A stretch of 64,000 nt of DNA from the human T2T-CHM13v2.0 reference genome, Homo sapiens: assembly GCF_009914755.1 (NCBI RefSeq), contig NC_060932.1; one strand, 5' to 3'. The notes beneath the pieces were generated by a model. It was not told where the DNA came from. It did not search any database and saw nothing but the letters and a program-made list of their open reading frames with translations. The position numbers and the translations under genes are program-made. Positions 11,471 through 24,944 of this stretch are shown here, one piece after another; the stretch's first letter is position 1, and each line of letters begins with the position of its first letter.

Positions 11471-13311
11471 TGTGCCATTTTATTCATCCATGTAAAGGTT
11501 TCAAAGTCACTGCCAAGGGAGGTGGAATTTAATTGACAATAGGAGAGCTTTGTTGTTTTCCAGACCGAGTGCTGTTGCTACTCAGGAAGCTGACCTTGGG
11601 TAAATGGATTCCCATCTCCTACCGCCCCTGGGTCATTCCACCCCTTGTTCAATCCATTTCTTGGATCCTTTCCAAGGTGTGAACACAGCAACTGAGCAGT
11701 GGAAACCCAATCCTGGTTTGTGAAAGGAGTTATCTTATATAGGGCAGATTAACCAACAGGCAGGGTGGGAGGAGAAAGGGGAGAAAATATCCGCTTGCCT
11801 TCACTTTCTCCTCTCCTAGACTGCCTTGGGGATTGAGATTTCTTTATGGTCATCGTGAATTTAGAGTTCTCTTAATAAATAGTGTTGCCATCTGAATTGT
11901 ACACTGGCTTCTCTCACAGGATAATAGATGAAATATTGGCACAGGCTCCTTACTGTTGAAATCGTTAAGAGCTCACTGTCACATGGCAAAAACTGGATGC
12001 TGAGGGAATATGATTGAGAGACTAGAATCCTTAAGAATAAGTTGGAAGATCCCCAAAGTCTTGCTAGCCAAAAACATGCTCTGGAAGCCACAGAGTGCTC
12101 TTGAGATATATCTGTTGAGCTCCATCCACCCTCTAGTCTGTCTGAAGGAAGGAGTTTAGCAGACCTTGCTAGTATTTGTCTTTCAGCTTCCTCAGAAAGA
12201 TGAAGATGCTGTTTCAGTGGCTAAGCTTTGCATCATAGGCACTCCAATGTGTCTGTGCGTTTGAACAGAGAAGAGGGGCTTATCTGAGAGGAGGAAGATG
12301 GAGGAACCAGATTTATTTCATTACCTTGGAAGCAGGATTATAAGATGACAGTTTAGTAATAGTATTTTATCCAGGGCAGTGAAAAAATATTGTAGCTATA
12401 ACAAGGATTTGAACCCACAGTTTTCTGTTTCCATTATGATCTGGCCCCTCAACCTGTGCAAAGCAAGGAGACAGCTGAGCAGAGTTCAGCCTCTGCCTCA
12501 GAGCTAAACATTAGTTTGGATCCCGATAGCCTAGCAGATAGTTTCTGACCATGTGAAATTTGGGCAGATTTCTTATTGGTGTTCTTTTTTTATGTCAGTA
12601 TATAGTCTTTGAAAACATATCATTCAATTCCTGGGCCATTATACATATATTTTCCTTCTGAAGGGTGAAACAAATGCACAGATTTAAGCATTTTTAGTCT
12701 TTCTAAGTTCTCCATTACACGTGAAAAGTTTGCTCATCACTCATCTAGGTCTAAATTTTCCATCTTCTCTTTTCTAAAATACAATTTTAATGAACCAAAA
12801 TTTATTGAAATCTCAGCTCCTCTAAAATTTTTCATTATCCTTTCTGAGACTTTTTCATGATTTTCCTTCAATTTTCCAAGTGTTGTGATACATAGCATCT
12901 CATAACTATAGGTGGATTTTGTTTTGATTTATAAAAGATCTCTTATACTTACAGAATAGAAAGTTGGAGTTGCAGATATTCCTCATTCACTGAGATAGTA
13001 AACACCATGAACCACAAGAAGAGAATGGGAGGGGCCAAATGAAAGGGGCTATAGTGCAGATTGTGACTTTTTATTTAACAGACTAGCTAACTTTAAGGGG
13101 AGAAGGAGGAGGGAAAGTAGCTTGCAACAAATGTTCAAGCTCTTCTAAAATGTCAATGCTATGAATATTGTATTTTGGATCAAAGGTATGTCTCAACTTG
13201 CCATTTAGCTCCTCCTTTAGAATATTGAATATATTAACCTCATGGTTCAGTTCAACACACTTCAATTAAACGTGTATTATGTTCTAAACTGTGGGCTTGA
13301 TACTAGACTTC

Positions 13312-14387
13312 ATAAAAACTGGCCTAGGAAAAGATTTCATGATTAAGACCTCAAAAGCACAGGCAACAAAAGCAAAAGTAGTCAAAGTAGTTGATTATAC
13401 CAAACTAAAATACTTCTGCACAGCAAAAGGAAACAATCAACAGAGTGAATAGACAACCCACAGAGTGGGAGAAAATATTTGTAAACTACTTATACAGCAG
13501 GGGATTAATATCCAGAATATACAAGGAACTCAAACATCTCAACAGCAAAAAACCCCAATTTAAAAAATGGACAAATGATATGAATCAATGTTTCTCAAAA
13601 GAAGACATGCAAATGGCTAACAAATATATGAAGAAAAACTTGACATAATTAATCATCAGGGAAATGCAAATCAAAACCACAGTAAAGTATCATTTCACCC
13701 CAGTTAGGATGACTATTATCAAAAAGACAAAAAATAACAAATGCTGGTGATGATATGGAGAAACGGGGACTCATACATTGTTGGTGGGAATGTAAACTAG
13801 AACAGCCACTATGGAGAACAGTATAGAGGTTTCTGAAAAAACTACCAATAGAAATACCAGATGATCCAGCAATATCACTACTGGGAATTTATCCAAAAGA
13901 AATGAAATCATAATATCAAAGAGACATCTGCACCTCCATGTTTATTGTAGCTGTATTCAAAAATAGTCACAATATGGAGTCAACCTGGGTGTCCAAAAAC
14001 AGATGAATCATTAAAGAAAATGTGGTGTATGTATACCATGGAATACTACTCAGCCATAAAAAAGAATGAAATCCTGTTATTCACATCAACATGGAAGGAA
14101 TGGAGGAGATTATGTTAAGTGAAATAAGCCAGGAAGAGAAAGTTAAACACCACATGTTCTCACTTATACGTGGAAGCAAAAAGAAATTGATTTCATAGAA
14201 GTAAAAAGTAGAACAGAATATACTAGAGGCTGGGAAGGATAGGAGGAAAGGAGAGGAATAGGAAGAAATTTGTTAAAGGATACAAAATTACCCTGATCTG
14301 ATTACCACACATTATATGTATTGAAACATTACTATGTACTCCATGAATATGTATAATTATTATATGTCAATAAAAAAAAAACAACAA
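13312..14387 (+). mobile_element. LINE-1 3' portion (L1MA-like), 5' truncated
   Basis: ORF2 C-terminal peptide '[20 protein letters not shown]' (13445-13648), L1MA-type 3'UTR and A-tail at ~14370. Confidence 0.9.
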
Positions 14388-14711
<324 letters not shown>

Positions 14712-14892
14712 TCAAGGTACTCACAATTGTTGGGAGGAGATGAAGGTAGACAAAGAAGCTCACTAAAATGTGGCTAATGCTCAGACAGAGGTGTTCATAG
14801 GATCTCTGAGGTCACTGAAGGACAGAGTAGTGGGAAGCTTAGCTGATGGCTGCAGTCATTTATTTTTTATTTTTTTAGTAGGTCTTATTAAT

Positions 14893-17800
14893 TCTTTTTC
14901 TTTTTTCTTTCTTTATTTCTTCTTTTAGAAAAAATGGGATACATGCGCAGAACATGCAGGTCTGTTACATAGGTATACATGTACCATGATAGTTTGCTGC
15001 ACCTATTGACCTGTCCTCCAAGTTCCTTTCTCTCACTTCCCCCCACCAACAGGCCTTGGTATGTGTTGTTCTCGTCTCTGTGTCCGTGAGTTCTCATTGT
15101 TCAACTCCCACTTATGAGTGAGAACATGTGGTGTTTGATTTTCTGTTCCTGTGTTAGTTTGCTGAGGATGATGGCTTCCAGCTTCATCCATATCCCTGCA
15201 AAGAACATGATCTCATTCCCTTTTACAGCTGCATAGTAGTCCATGGTGTATATGTACCACATTTTTCTTATCCAGTCTATCATTGATGGGCATTTGGTTT
15301 GTTTCCATGGCTTTGCTATTTTAAATAGTGCTGCAATAAACATATGTGTGTATGTGTCTTTATAGTAGAGTGATTTATATTCCTTTGGGTATATACCCAG
15401 TAATGGGATTGCTGGGTCAAATGATATTTCTGGTTCTAGATCCTTGAGGAATTGTCATACTGTCTTCCACGATGGTTGAACTAATTTACATTACCACCAA
15501 CAGTGTAAAGGTGTTCCTATTCCTCCACAGCCTTGCCAGGATCTATTGTTTCCTGACTTTTTAATAATCGTCATTCTGACTCACGTGAGATGGTATCTCA
15601 TTGTGGTTTTGATTTGCATTTCTCTGATAATCAGTGATGTTGAGCTTTTTTTCATATGTTTGTTGGCCATGTAAATGTCTTCTTTTGAGAAGAGTTTGTT
15701 CATATCCTTTGCCCACTTTTTATGGGATTGTTTGTTTTTTTCTTATAAATATGTTTAAGTTCCTTGTAAATTCTGGATATTAGACCTTTGTCAGATGGGT
15801 AAATTGCAAAATCTCCCATTGCATTTCTCCCATTCTGTAGGTTGCCTGCTCACTCTGATGATAATTTCTTTTGCTGTGCAGAAGCTCTTTAGTTTAATTA
15901 GATCCCATTTGTCAATCTTGGCTTTTGTTGCAGTTACTTTTGGCATTTTTGTCATGAAGTCTTTGTCCATGCCTACATCCTAAAAGGTATTGCCTAAGTT
16001 TTCTTCCAGGATTTTTATGGCTTTGAGTTTTACATTTAAGTTTTTAATCCATCTTGAGTTAATTTTTGTATAAGGTGTAAGGAAGGGGTCCGGTTTCAGT
16101 TTTCTTCATATAGCTAGCCAATTTTCCCAGCACCATTTACTGAATAGGAGATTCTTTTCCAATGGCTTGTTTTTGTTAGGATTGTTGAAGATCAGATAGT
16201 TGTAGATGAGTGGTGTTATTTCTGAGGTCTCTGTTCTGCTCCATTTGTTTATATGTCTGTTTTGGTACCAGTACCATGCTGTTTTGATTACTGTAGCCTT
16301 GTAATATAGTTTGAAGTCAGGTAGCGTGATGCCTTCAGCTTGGTTCTTTTTGCTTAGGATTGTCTTGGCTATACAGGTTTTTTTTTTTATTTTATATGAA
16401 ATTTAAGATAGTTTTTTCTAATTCTGTGAAGAATGTCAGTGGTAGTTTGATGGGAATAGAATTGGATCTGTAAATTGCTTTGGGCAGTATGGCCATTTTC
16501 ATGATATTGATTCTTCCTATCCATGAGCATGGAATGTTTTTCCATTTGTTTCTGTCCTCTCTTATTTCCTTGAGCATTGATTTGTAGTTCTCCTTGAAGA
16601 AGTTATTCACGTCCCTTGTTAGCCGTATTCCTAGGTATTTTATTCTCTTTGTAGTGCTTATTTTATTCTCTAGTGTAGTGCTTGTGAATGGGAATTCGTT
16701 CATGATTTAGCTCTCTGCTTGCCTATTATTGGTGTAAAGGAATGCTTGAGATTTTGCACATTTATTTTGTATCCTGAGACTTCGCTGAAGTTGCTTATCA
16801 GTTCAAGAAGTTTTTGGGCTGAGATGATGGGGTTTTCTAAATATAAAATCATGTCATCTGGAAACAGAGACAACTTGACTTCCTCTCTTCCTATTTGAGT
16901 ATGCTTTATTTCTCTTTCTTGCCTGGTTGCCCTGGCCAGCACTTCCAATTCTATGTTGAACAGGAGTGGTGAAAGAGGGCATCCTTTTCTTGTGCCGGTT
17001 TGCAAAGGGAATGCTTCCAGCTTTTGCCCATTCAGTATGATATTGGCTGTGGGTTTGTCATAAATAGATCCTATTATTTTGAGATATATTCCATCAATAC
17101 CTAGTCCATTGAGAGTTTTTAACCTGAAGGGATGTTGAATTTTATCAGAGGCCTTCTTCTGCATCTATTGAGATAATCATGTGGTTTTTGTCTTTGGTTC
17201 TGTTTATGTGATGGATTACATTTATTGATTTGTGTATGTTGAATAAGCCTTGATCCCAGGGATGAAGCTGACTCAATCACAGTGGGTAAGATTTTCAATG
17301 TGCTGCTGGATTCAGTTTGCCAATATTTTATTGAGGATTTTTGCATCGACATTCATCAAGGATATTGGCCTGAAGTGTCCTCTTTTTGTTGTGTCTCTTC
17401 CCAGTTTTGGTATCAGGATGATGCTGGCTTCATAAAATGAGTGATGGAGGAGTCCCTGCTTTTCAATTGTTTGGAATAGTTTCAGAACCAATGGTACCAG
17501 CTTGTCTTTGTACCTCTGGTAGAATTCAGCTGTGAATCCATCTAATCCTGGGATTTTTTTGGTTGGTAGGTTGTCAATTATTGCCTCAATTTCAGAGCTT
17601 GTTATTGGTCTATTCAGAGATTTGACTTCCTCCCAATTTAGTCTTGGTAGTATGTTTGTATTGAGGAATTTATCCATTTCTTCTAGGTTTTCTAGTTTAT
17701 TTGCGTAGAGGTGTTTATAGTACTCTCTGATGGTAGTTTGTATTTCTTTGTCAGTGGTGATATCTGCTTTATCATTTTTTATTGTGTCTATTTGATTTTT

Positions 17801-20425
17801 CTCTCTTTTCTTCTTTATTAACCTAGCTAATGATCTATCTATTTTGTTATTTTTCTTTAAAAACCAGCTCCTGGTTCGTTGATATTTTGGAGGGTTTTTT
17901 TCTGTCTCTATGTCCTTCAACTCTTCTCTGATCTTAGTTATTTCTTGTCTTTTGCTACCTTTTGGATTTGTTTGCTCTTGCCTCTCTAGTTTTTTTAATT
18001 GTGATGTTAGGGTGTCAATTTGAGATTTTTCTGGCTTTCTGATATGGGCATTTAGTGTTATAAATTTCTCTCTTAATACTGCCTTAGCTGTGTCCCAGAG
18101 ATTCTGGTATGTTGTCTCTTTTTTCTCATGAATTTCAAAGAATTTCTTGATTTCTGCCTTAATTATTTACCCAGGAATCATTTTATTCAGGAGCAGGTTG
18201 TTCAATTTCCATGAGTTTCTATGAGTGAGTTTCTTAATCCTGAGTTCTAATTTGATTGCACTGTGGTCTGAGAGACTGCTTGTTATGATTTCAGTTCTTT
18301 TGCATGTGCTGAGGCGTCTTTTACTTCCAATTATGTGGTCGATTTTAGAGTAAGGGCCATGTGGCATGGAGAAGAATGTATATTCTGTTGATTTGGGGTA
18401 GAGAGTTCGGTAGACATCTACTAGGTCCACTTGATGCAGAGTTGAGTTCAAGTCCTGAATATCCTTGTTAGTTTTCTGTCTTGTTGATCTGTCTAATACT
18501 GACAGTGGGGTGTTAACAGTCTCCCACTATTATGGTGGGGGAGTGTAAATCTCTTTGTAGGTCTCTAAGAACTTGGTGCTCTTGTATTGAGTGCATATAT
18601 ATTTAGGATAGTTAGCTCTTTTTGTTGAATTGATTCCTTTACCATTATGTAATGCCCTTTTTTGTCTTTTTTTTTTTTTTATCTTTGTTGGTTTAAAGTC
18701 TGTTTTGTCAGAGACTAGGATTGCAAAAAAAAAGACCTGCTTTTTTTTTCTTTCCATTTCTTTGGTAAGTTTTCCTCAATTCCTTTAATTTGAGCCTGTG
18801 TGTGTCTTTGCACATAAGATGGGCCTCCTGAATACAGCACACTGATAGGTCTTGACTCCTTATCCAATTTGCCAGTCTGTGTCTTTTAATTGGAGAATTT
18901 AGCCCATTTACATTTAAGGTTTGTACTGTTATGTATGAATTTGATCCTGTCATCAAGATGCTATTTGGTTATTTTGCACACTAGTTGGTGCTGTTTCTTC
19001 ATAGTGTCATTGGTCTTTATATTTTGGTGTGTTTTTGCAGTGTCTGGTACCGGTTTTTCTTTTCTACATTTAGTGCTTCTTTCAGGAGTTCTTGCAGGGC
19101 AGGCCTGGTGGTGATGAAATCTCTCAGCATTTGCTTGTCTGGAAAGGATTTTATTTCCCCTTCACTTATGAAGCCTAGTTTCACTGGATATGAACTTCTA
19201 GGTTGAAAATTATTTTCTTTAAGAATGTCGAATATTGGCCCTCACTCTCTTCTGGCTTGTAGGGTTTCTGTTGAGAGATCCACTGTTACTCTGATGGGCT
19301 TTCCTTTGTAGGTGACCTGGCCTTTTTCTCTGGCTGCTCTTAACATTTTTTCCTCCATTTCAAACTTGGAGAATCTGATGATTATGTGTCTTGAGGTTGA
19401 TCTTCTCATGGAGTATCTTAATGGTGTTCTCTGTATTTCCTGAATTTGCATGTTGGCCTGTCTTGCTAAGTTGGGGAAGTTCTCCTGGATAATATCGTGA
19501 AGTGTGTTTTCCATCTTGTTTCCATTCTCTCCAACTCTTTCAATCAATTGTTGGTTTGCTCTGTTTACATAGTCCCATATTTCTTGGAGGCTTTGCTCAT
19601 TCCTTTAGATTCTTTTTTCTCTATTCTTGTCTGCATGTCTTATTTCAGTGAGGTGGTCTTCAAACTCTGATATCCTTTGTTCTGCTTGGTTGATTTGGTT
19701 AATACTTATGTATGCTTCACGAAGTTCTCGTGCTATGTTTTTCAGCTCCATTAGGTCATTTATGTTCCTCTTTAAACTGGTTATTCTGGTTAGCAATTCC
19801 CCTAACCTTTTATCAAGGTTCTTACTTCTTTGCCTTGTGTTAGACCATGTGCCTTTAGCTCAGCATAGATTTTTATTAACCATCTTCTAAAGCCTACCTC
19901 TGTCAATTCATCTATCTCCTCCTCCGTCCAGTTCTGCCCCCTTAATGGAGAGATGTTGTGATCATCTGGAGGAAAGAGGCACTCTGGCCTTTTGGGTTTT
20001 CAGCATTTTTTCATTGATTCTTTCTCAACTTCGTGAGTTTGTCTAGTTTTGGTCTTTGAGACTGCTGACTCTTGGATGGGGCTTTTGTGAGGGCCTTTTG
20101 TTGTTGTTGATGCTGTTGTCATTTTCTGCTTGTTTGCTTTTCTTTCAATAGTCAGGCCTCTCTTCTGTAGGGCTGCTGCAGTTTGCTGGGGGTTCACTTC
20201 AGGCCCTATTCATCTGATTCACTTCCGTGTCTGGAGATGTCACTCAAGAAGGCTAGAGAACAGCAAAGATGAGTGACTGCTCCTTCTTCTGGGACCCGAC
20301 TTCGAGGGGCACCAAGCTGATGCCAGTAGGATCGTTCCTGTATAAGGTGTCTGACAACCCCTGTTGGGGGGTCTCACCCCGTTGGGTGGCATAGGGAGCA
20401 GGACCCATTTAACAAAGCACTTTGA
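14893..20425 (-). mobile_element. LINE-1 L1PA8-like, near full length (5'UTR truncated), ORF1/ORF2 disrupted
   Basis: 3' end 'aaaaaatgggatacatg..cacctattgacc'; ORF2 fragments from 'MTGSNSYIT' (~18953) through the RT motif '[12 protein letters not shown]' to the C-terminus (15101); ORF1 fragments 'ENTLHDIIQENFPNLARQAN' and 'LTRITSL..NINDLMELKN'. Confidence 0.93.
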
Positions 20426-20650
20426 TTGCAATCCTAGTCTCTGACAAAAGAGACTTTAAACCAACAAAGATCAAAAAAGACAAACAAGGGCATTACATAA
20501 TGGTAAAGGAATCGATTCAACAGAAAGAGCTAACTATCCTAAATATATATGCACCCAATACAGGAGCACCAAGATTCATAAGACAAGTTCTTAGAGACCT
20601 ACAAAGAGGCTCAGACTCTCTCACAATAATAATGGGAGAATTTCTAACCC
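20426..20650 (+). mobile_element. Inverted L1 ORF2 endonuclease fragment
   Basis: Translates to 'IAILVSDKRDFKPTKIKKDKQGHYIMVK..LNIYAPNTGAPRFI' on the + strand, abutting the minus-strand L1 5'UTR. Confidence 0.92.
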
Positions 20651-20769
20651 TCTAAGTGCACCACGAATTCTCTTTTGTAGCTTTTAGAGAAATAGAAATG
20701 AATGATATATTTGTGTTTTACCAAAGTAATTTCATAGTTTGGAAAATGGAAATTTAAAAATATAAATGT

Positions 20770-21085
20770 GGCCAGGCATGGTGGCTCATGCCTGTAATCC
20801 CAGCACTTTGGGAGGCTGAGGCGGGTGGATCGCTTGAGTTCAGGAGTTTGAGACCAGCCCGACCAACATGGTGAAGCCCCATTTCTACTAAAAATACAAA
20901 AATTAGCCTGGGTATGATGTCATATGCCTGTAGTCCCAGCTACTTGGGAGGCTGAGGCAGGAGAATCACTTGAACCCTAGAGGTGGAGGTTGCAGTGAGC
21001 TGAGATAGTACCATTATACTACAGCCTGGGCAACTGACTGAGACTCTGTCTCAAAAAATAAAATAAAATAATAAGAAAAAAAAGA
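20770..21085 (+). mobile_element. AluS
   Basis: Full dimer with A-rich tail; degenerate TSD ending 'aatgt'. Confidence 0.93.
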
Positions 21086-23532
21086 ATGTAAAAGTTTCTT
21101 TATGCATAGTAGATGGTTATTATTAATTATGGTCAACCACCTTTTATACTTATGAAATCCTGAAAAACAAGCTTTAAAAATCATACTTTGTTATTTTTAA
21201 GTGTGATTATTTGCAGCCTTATTTCAATGCTCTGAACTTGTTAAGATTTGAAAATGAGATTTTTCCACTGGATTCTCAAATCTGAACAGTTTCAGCTCCA
21301 AAGGGATTTTTCTAAATTCATATCATAGTTACCTTTACTGGTTTTACAGGATATGAACCATTAGTATGATACTTGAATAAGAAGAAAAAAAATCCTACTT
21401 TATTTTTTCCTGTGCAGAAGGCACAATTCAAATGGTGGAAAGAAAATGCATTCTATAAGCCAGCATGTGTATTTCAGGCAATTTGCACAATGTACAATGG
21501 TCTGAGCCACTTACCTGGACAGTACCACCCAGGGAAAATGATTAGTTGGAATTAATAGAATTTGGGCTTCAACTCAGTTTATTGGCAACTCCTGTGCTGT
21601 CATTAATCCCCAGGTTGCATCTGCCTTTCATGGTAGTGCTTCCTCCTGGGTAGCAACTGCTAAATGTAGTGCACTGAACAAAGTATGTCCACTACTTCCA
21701 ATTATACCAGGAAAGATGGTGTAACTGTTGAGTTTCTAATGTTACCATGGCAAAGTCATCTTTGCTTATTTGTCAAGACATTTTATGTAAGCTTTTTAAG
21801 AAGAAAAAACAAATTCTGAATTTCCAGTTTGAGATGCATGGACGATACCACCTAACTTTGACTACAGTGAACATAATCATTGTGCTTGTTTCAGTATTAG
21901 AAGTGTTGCAAATGGAGCAGAGATGCATACTGAAGTAAAATTAATGTGCTCCAGAAACAAAAAAGCACAAGCTGGTCATATCATTAGTTTTATAAAACCT
22001 ACTGGCTCTTTTCAAGATCACTGAATTAATTAGTGAATAATAAATGTCACTTTTTAAAGGAAAGTCAGCCCACAATTTATTGTTCAAAGGTATTATTAAA
22101 AATTGTTTCAGAAAATTGACTGCGTTCTTGCTTGCAAGACACTAATGAAATTTTTTTAAAAAATTAAAACAAACTTTTCAGACACTAAAAGTTTTCCAAC
22201 TTCAGCCTTGGCCCTTAAAACTATAAGGTATTTTTCTCACATGAGCACTTTAATTTTGTGCATAGCTGACTTTGTGGAACCTGAGTAGTGAAGAAGTATT
22301 AAATCCTCCACTTTGTATCTTGATGTTTTCTTGGAGCAGCATTTGTGACTGAACTATTTGCCCTTGAAATCAATAAAATTTCGAGTGAATGAAGAATAAT
22401 CTTGGAATCTTCCTTATAATGATTTAAGATCAAAATCATCTTCTGTTCACTGGCCTCAGCTTCTTAACACTGAGGCTGGGGAGGGAAGAGGGTCAAACTG
22501 GGGGGAAAGATAACTGGTTGCTATTTGGTGTCAGCAGTGATAACTCACACCCATCCAGCGAGGACATCGGAAGGCAATGGGATCTAAAGAGGATGGTGCA
22601 GCTGCAGTAATGACAGTCTCCCTTTAGAAAGTAATTTGAATGAATAAGAGTTCCTTTCTGATGATCCAGGGTTTCAGAATTATATGAAGAACACCTGCTA
22701 TATTACGAAAACATGTTTTTTTTTTTTTTTTTGTTCAGCTTCAGTGTTAAGTTTAGCTTTTCAGAAATAGTTCAACATTATATCGAGGGCTGATTCTAAC
22801 TGATAATAAGATCCGAGTAGTTGGAAGGCACACTACAAGACAAAGCTGTATTGTCAATAGGTGGACAATGTTTGCATGTGTCCTTAGCAGTGTAGATGTG
22901 TCCTAATAAATGAGCAAAGTAGACTGATTCTACCATAGACCAGCAGTGCTATTTTGAATTAATTCTCATTAAGAATGAAGTCCTTTTGGATGTGAGGAAT
23001 TAGCTCTTCAAGGATTAGGCGAGAAATGCTTTTTTTTTTTTTTAATATGTTGAGGTCTTATAATATTTCTGATCAGGTACATAGCTGTAAAATCTGATTC
23101 TGGGAAGCTATATAATCACATTTCCAGCAGTCCTTTGATGTACCCTGAGCTGAAACCACACCATTACATTTTCATGAGAACTTGCTGCTATTTGCCTCAT
23201 TATAAGCATTTTGTCACATTCTCTCCTGTTTAAATAATCCAACTTAAAAAGAAATACTTTGAAGGGACATGAGTCACTGTTTTCATATAATTCTTGTTTT
23301 AAATCTGCCAATAAATTTGTAGTTATTTCCCATAAATGTGACATAGTTATTCTCATGTTTACCTTTTTGCTGTTGTGATCATGTTTAAATGGAGACAGTG
23401 AGAGAGAAGGCTCATCTCGCTCTCTGTCAAAGGTCAGTTGCAAAAGAAGGAGTGTCATTTGGAGATACTTTATATTGGAATAATTGATACCCAAAAGTTA
23501 AGTTTTTACAGTCACAGATGTCTGGGTGCCCA

Positions 23533-23622
23533 GTAGGGTGATGTGAGGGGTTTTCCTGGGCACAGGACTTTCAATGCTAAAGCTGTGAAGGCCCAGACAA
23601 AAAAATACTGTTAGTCAACCAA
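23533..23622. mobile_element. MER81-like hAT-Blackjack DNA transposon fossil
   Basis: 'tagggtga..gaggggttttcctgggcacaggactttcaatgctaaa..ttagtcaacc' resembles the MER81 TIRs and core. Confidence 0.6.
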
Positions 23623-23904
23623 GTAATTCATTGAATAATGGAGCAGCAAGGAGAAAGAGAGTGAAGCCTGGTGTGAAGAGGAAGTGTTTCCTGTTTGAAA
23701 ATAAAGTACGTAGAATACAATACCGGAAGTGATGTGAAGACAAAAAACGAGTGCCCTTAGAAAGTGGAGTCTGTGGGATTCTGTGCTAAGTTCCAAAGAG
23801 AAGTGACTTTTTCTGAGAAAGCCTGTTTTTAGGTTTCCTGAATTTTTGGTATGTCTTTTTGTTTCATTTTTCTAGTAATTTCTTATGATCCATTTTAAAA
23901 TTTG

Positions 23905-24888
23905 ATTTTATTTAAAAAATTTTTAATTGACAAGTAAAAAATATATATTTATAGTAGACAATATGCTTTGAAATATGGATACATTATGGAATAGCTAAAT
24001 CAAGCTATTTAACACATGCCTCACCTAAAGTACTTATCATTTTTGTGTGTGTTGAGAACACTTAAAATCTGCTCTCTTAGCAATTTTCAAGCATACCATA
24101 TACAGATGCTCTTCAACTTATGATGGGGTTAGATTCAGATAAACCCCTCATAAGCTGAATATGTAAGTTGAAAATGGATTTAATATACCTAACCTACCAA
24201 ACATCATAGCTTAGCCTAGCTTACCTTAAACATGCTGAGAACACTTATAAAGCAGCCTATAGCTGGGTTAAATCATCTATCACAGAGCCTATTTTATCAT
24301 AAAGTGTAGAATATTTCATGTAATCTTTGTTTTTATGAGTTCTACTTTTTTACACTCCACATGTAAATGAGATCACACTGTATTTGTCTTTCTCTGCCTG
24401 GCTTATTTCACTTAATATAATGTCCTCCAGGTTCATCTGTGTTTTTGCAAGTAACAGACTTTCCTTTTTTAAGGCTGAATAGTATTCCACTGTGTACATG
24501 TACCACATTTTTAATGCATTTATTCATTGGTAGACACTCAGTTTGAGTCCTTCTCTTGGCTATTGTGAATAATGCCACAACAATAGCATAAGTGTGCAGA
24601 CATTTCTTCAACATACTGTTTTCATTTCTTTCGGATATATATATATCCAGCAGTGGGATTGCTGAGTCATGTGGTAGTTCTATTTTTAAAGGAACCACCA
24701 TGCTGTTTTCCATAATAGCTATAGTAATTTACATTTCCACCAACAGTGTGCAAAGACACCCTTTTCTCCACATCCCACATCATCCCAACACTTACCTTAC
24801 ATCTTTTTTGATGATTGATGATGTTGCGCACTTTTCATTTACCTCTTGGTCATTTGACTGTCTTGAGAAATGTCTATTTAGGTCAAGT
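23905..24888 (-). mobile_element. L1MA-type 3' end (interrupted by MER47-like element)
   Basis: 'ttttaattgacaagtaaaaa..aaatctgctctcttagcaattttcaag', 'cttatttcacttaatataatgtcctccagg'; ORF 24408-24713 'KIELPHDSAIPLL'. Confidence 0.85.
24103..24324 (+). mobile_element. MER47-like (Tigger family) DNA transposon, right end missing
   Basis: TA + 'cagatgctcttcaacttatgatggggtt..ataaaccc', 'cctaacctaccaaacatcatagcttagcctagc'. Confidence 0.7.
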
Positions 24889-24944
24889 TTCCCTGAATTT
24901 CAATGAGTAAGTTAAAGCTCAACAGCTAAGTGGTTTGTCTCATC

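Noticed and set aside
15101-18956. L1 ORF2 as an active reverse transcriptase (also 44868-48697)
   Set aside because: Multiple stops and frameshifts; both copies are dead.
23108-23494. 128-aa ORF in unique DNA
   Set aside because: Non-ATG start, no recognisable domain, no convincing splice boundaries.
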